From the NCBI GenBank assembly GCA_000182565.2, contig KQ257456.1: a stretch of DNA of 64,000 nucleotides. One strand, given 5' to 3'. How positions within the stretch are numbered: position 1 is the first letter of the stretch; each line of letters starts with the position of its first letter. Positions 63,256 to 64,000 of the stretch are shown one piece after another. Both the position numbers and the translations under genes were made by a program. Source of the DNA: Spizellomyces punctatus DAOM BR117 (Eukaryota). The notes under the pieces were generated by a model, which was given only the letters and a program-made list of their open reading frames with translations, had not been told where the DNA came from and did no database searches.

Positions 63256-64000
63256 ATGCCTATGATGTCTGAACAACTGGCAGATACGGCTGGACAAGAT
63301 GTTGAAGCTGATGTCCCCGCAGATGGAACTTTACCTGAACCCACGCTGGAAGCGGAGGAGCCCACAAATGCAGCCCTTATGACTGAACCCATCGAGAGCT
63401 CTGCAGTTGAACCCACGGGTGACGCTATTGGAAGTTTACCTGAACCTATACCGGACGCAGACCAGCCCACAGATTCAACAATAACGAGTGAGCCCATCGA
63501 AGCCTCCGAAGTTCAACCCACGGATGAACCTATTGGAACCTTACCAGAACCGACACGGGAAGCTGAACAGCTCACAAACGCAACCCTTGACACCGAATCC
63601 GTCGCAAACTCAGAAGTTCAACCCACTGATGAACCTATTGGAACTTTGCCAGAACCAATACCGGAAGCAGACCCGTCCACAAATACGACCCTGATGACTG
63701 AACCCGTCGAGGCTTCCGACGTTCGACCCGAGAGTGAAGATGTTAAAACTTCACTAGAACCGACGATGGAAGGAGAGCAACCCACAATTACGACAAGCAT
63801 GACTGAACGTGCCAAGAACTCAGAAACTCCTGTTAATAGAGACGTTGGAACGCCGATTGGAGCAACTGTCATGGAAGTCACAGAGATGGAGCAGATGAAC
63901 ATTGGGGTCGTGCAGGAAGAGCATGTGATGGAGGTCACCGCGGTTGAGCAGATGAATATTGGGGTTCTGCAGGAAGAGCAAATGCTAGAAACTGGAGAGA
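63256..64000 (+). CDS. Acidic Glu/Thr/Pro-rich tandem-repeat protein, truncated by the window end
   Basis: Open frame from ATG 63256 to the window end (MPMMSEQLADTAGQDVE..); not in the ORF track because it has no stop within the window. Confidence 0.7.
   Translation, partial: MPMMSEQLADTAGQDVEADVPADGTLPEPTLEAEEPTNAALMTEPIESSAVEPTGDAIGSLPEPIPDADQPTDSTITSEPIEASEVQPTDEPIGTLPEPTREAEQLTNATLDTESVANSEVQPTDEPIGTLPEPIPEADPSTNTTLMTEPVEASDVRPESEDVKTSLEPTMEGEQPTITTSMTERAKNSETPVNRDVGTPIGATVMEVTEMEQMNIGVVQEEHVMEVTAVEQMNIGVLQEEQMLETGE
63325..63849 (+). repeat. Five diverged 105-bp (35-aa) tandem units
   Basis: G[TS]LPEP units at 63325, 63430, 63535 and 63640, plus a degenerate KTSLEP at 63745. Confidence 0.88.
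63868..64000 (+). repeat. 57-bp (19-aa) tandem units, at least 2
   Basis: VMEVTEMEQMNIGVVQEEH at 63868 and VMEVTAVEQMNIGVLQEEQ at 63925; a third possibly begins at 63982. Confidence 0.85.

Overview
Gene-dense, intron-rich eukaryotic DNA from a flagellated (zoosporic) fungus, most likely a chytrid of the Spizellomyces type. The evidence is short GT-AG introns, ciliary genes (ARL3, CEP19, CFAP119-like) and the Fanzor family present. About 33 host genes can be read, mostly housekeeping, mitochondrial or ciliary; FIS1 is missed by the ORF track. The standout is a complete ~2.16-kb non-autonomous transposon (27476-29633). It carries an intronless, catalytically intact Fanzor1 (eukaryotic TnpB/Cas12-related RNA-guided nuclease), ~31-bp imperfect terminal inverted repeats, a TA duplication, a 5'-CATA TAM at the upstream end and an omegaRNA at the downstream end whose guide is the flanking host DNA. 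The omegaRNA locus also shows a tRNA-like A-box/B-box arrangement that begins on the Fanzor stop codon, suggesting an internal RNA polymerase III promoter (inference). Other items of note are a spliced bacterial-type MscL gene, a triple DIRS-gag-like zinc-finger protein, a very long CEP19 and several tandem repeats. Exon boundaries were read by eye; gene spans run from start to stop and include introns.
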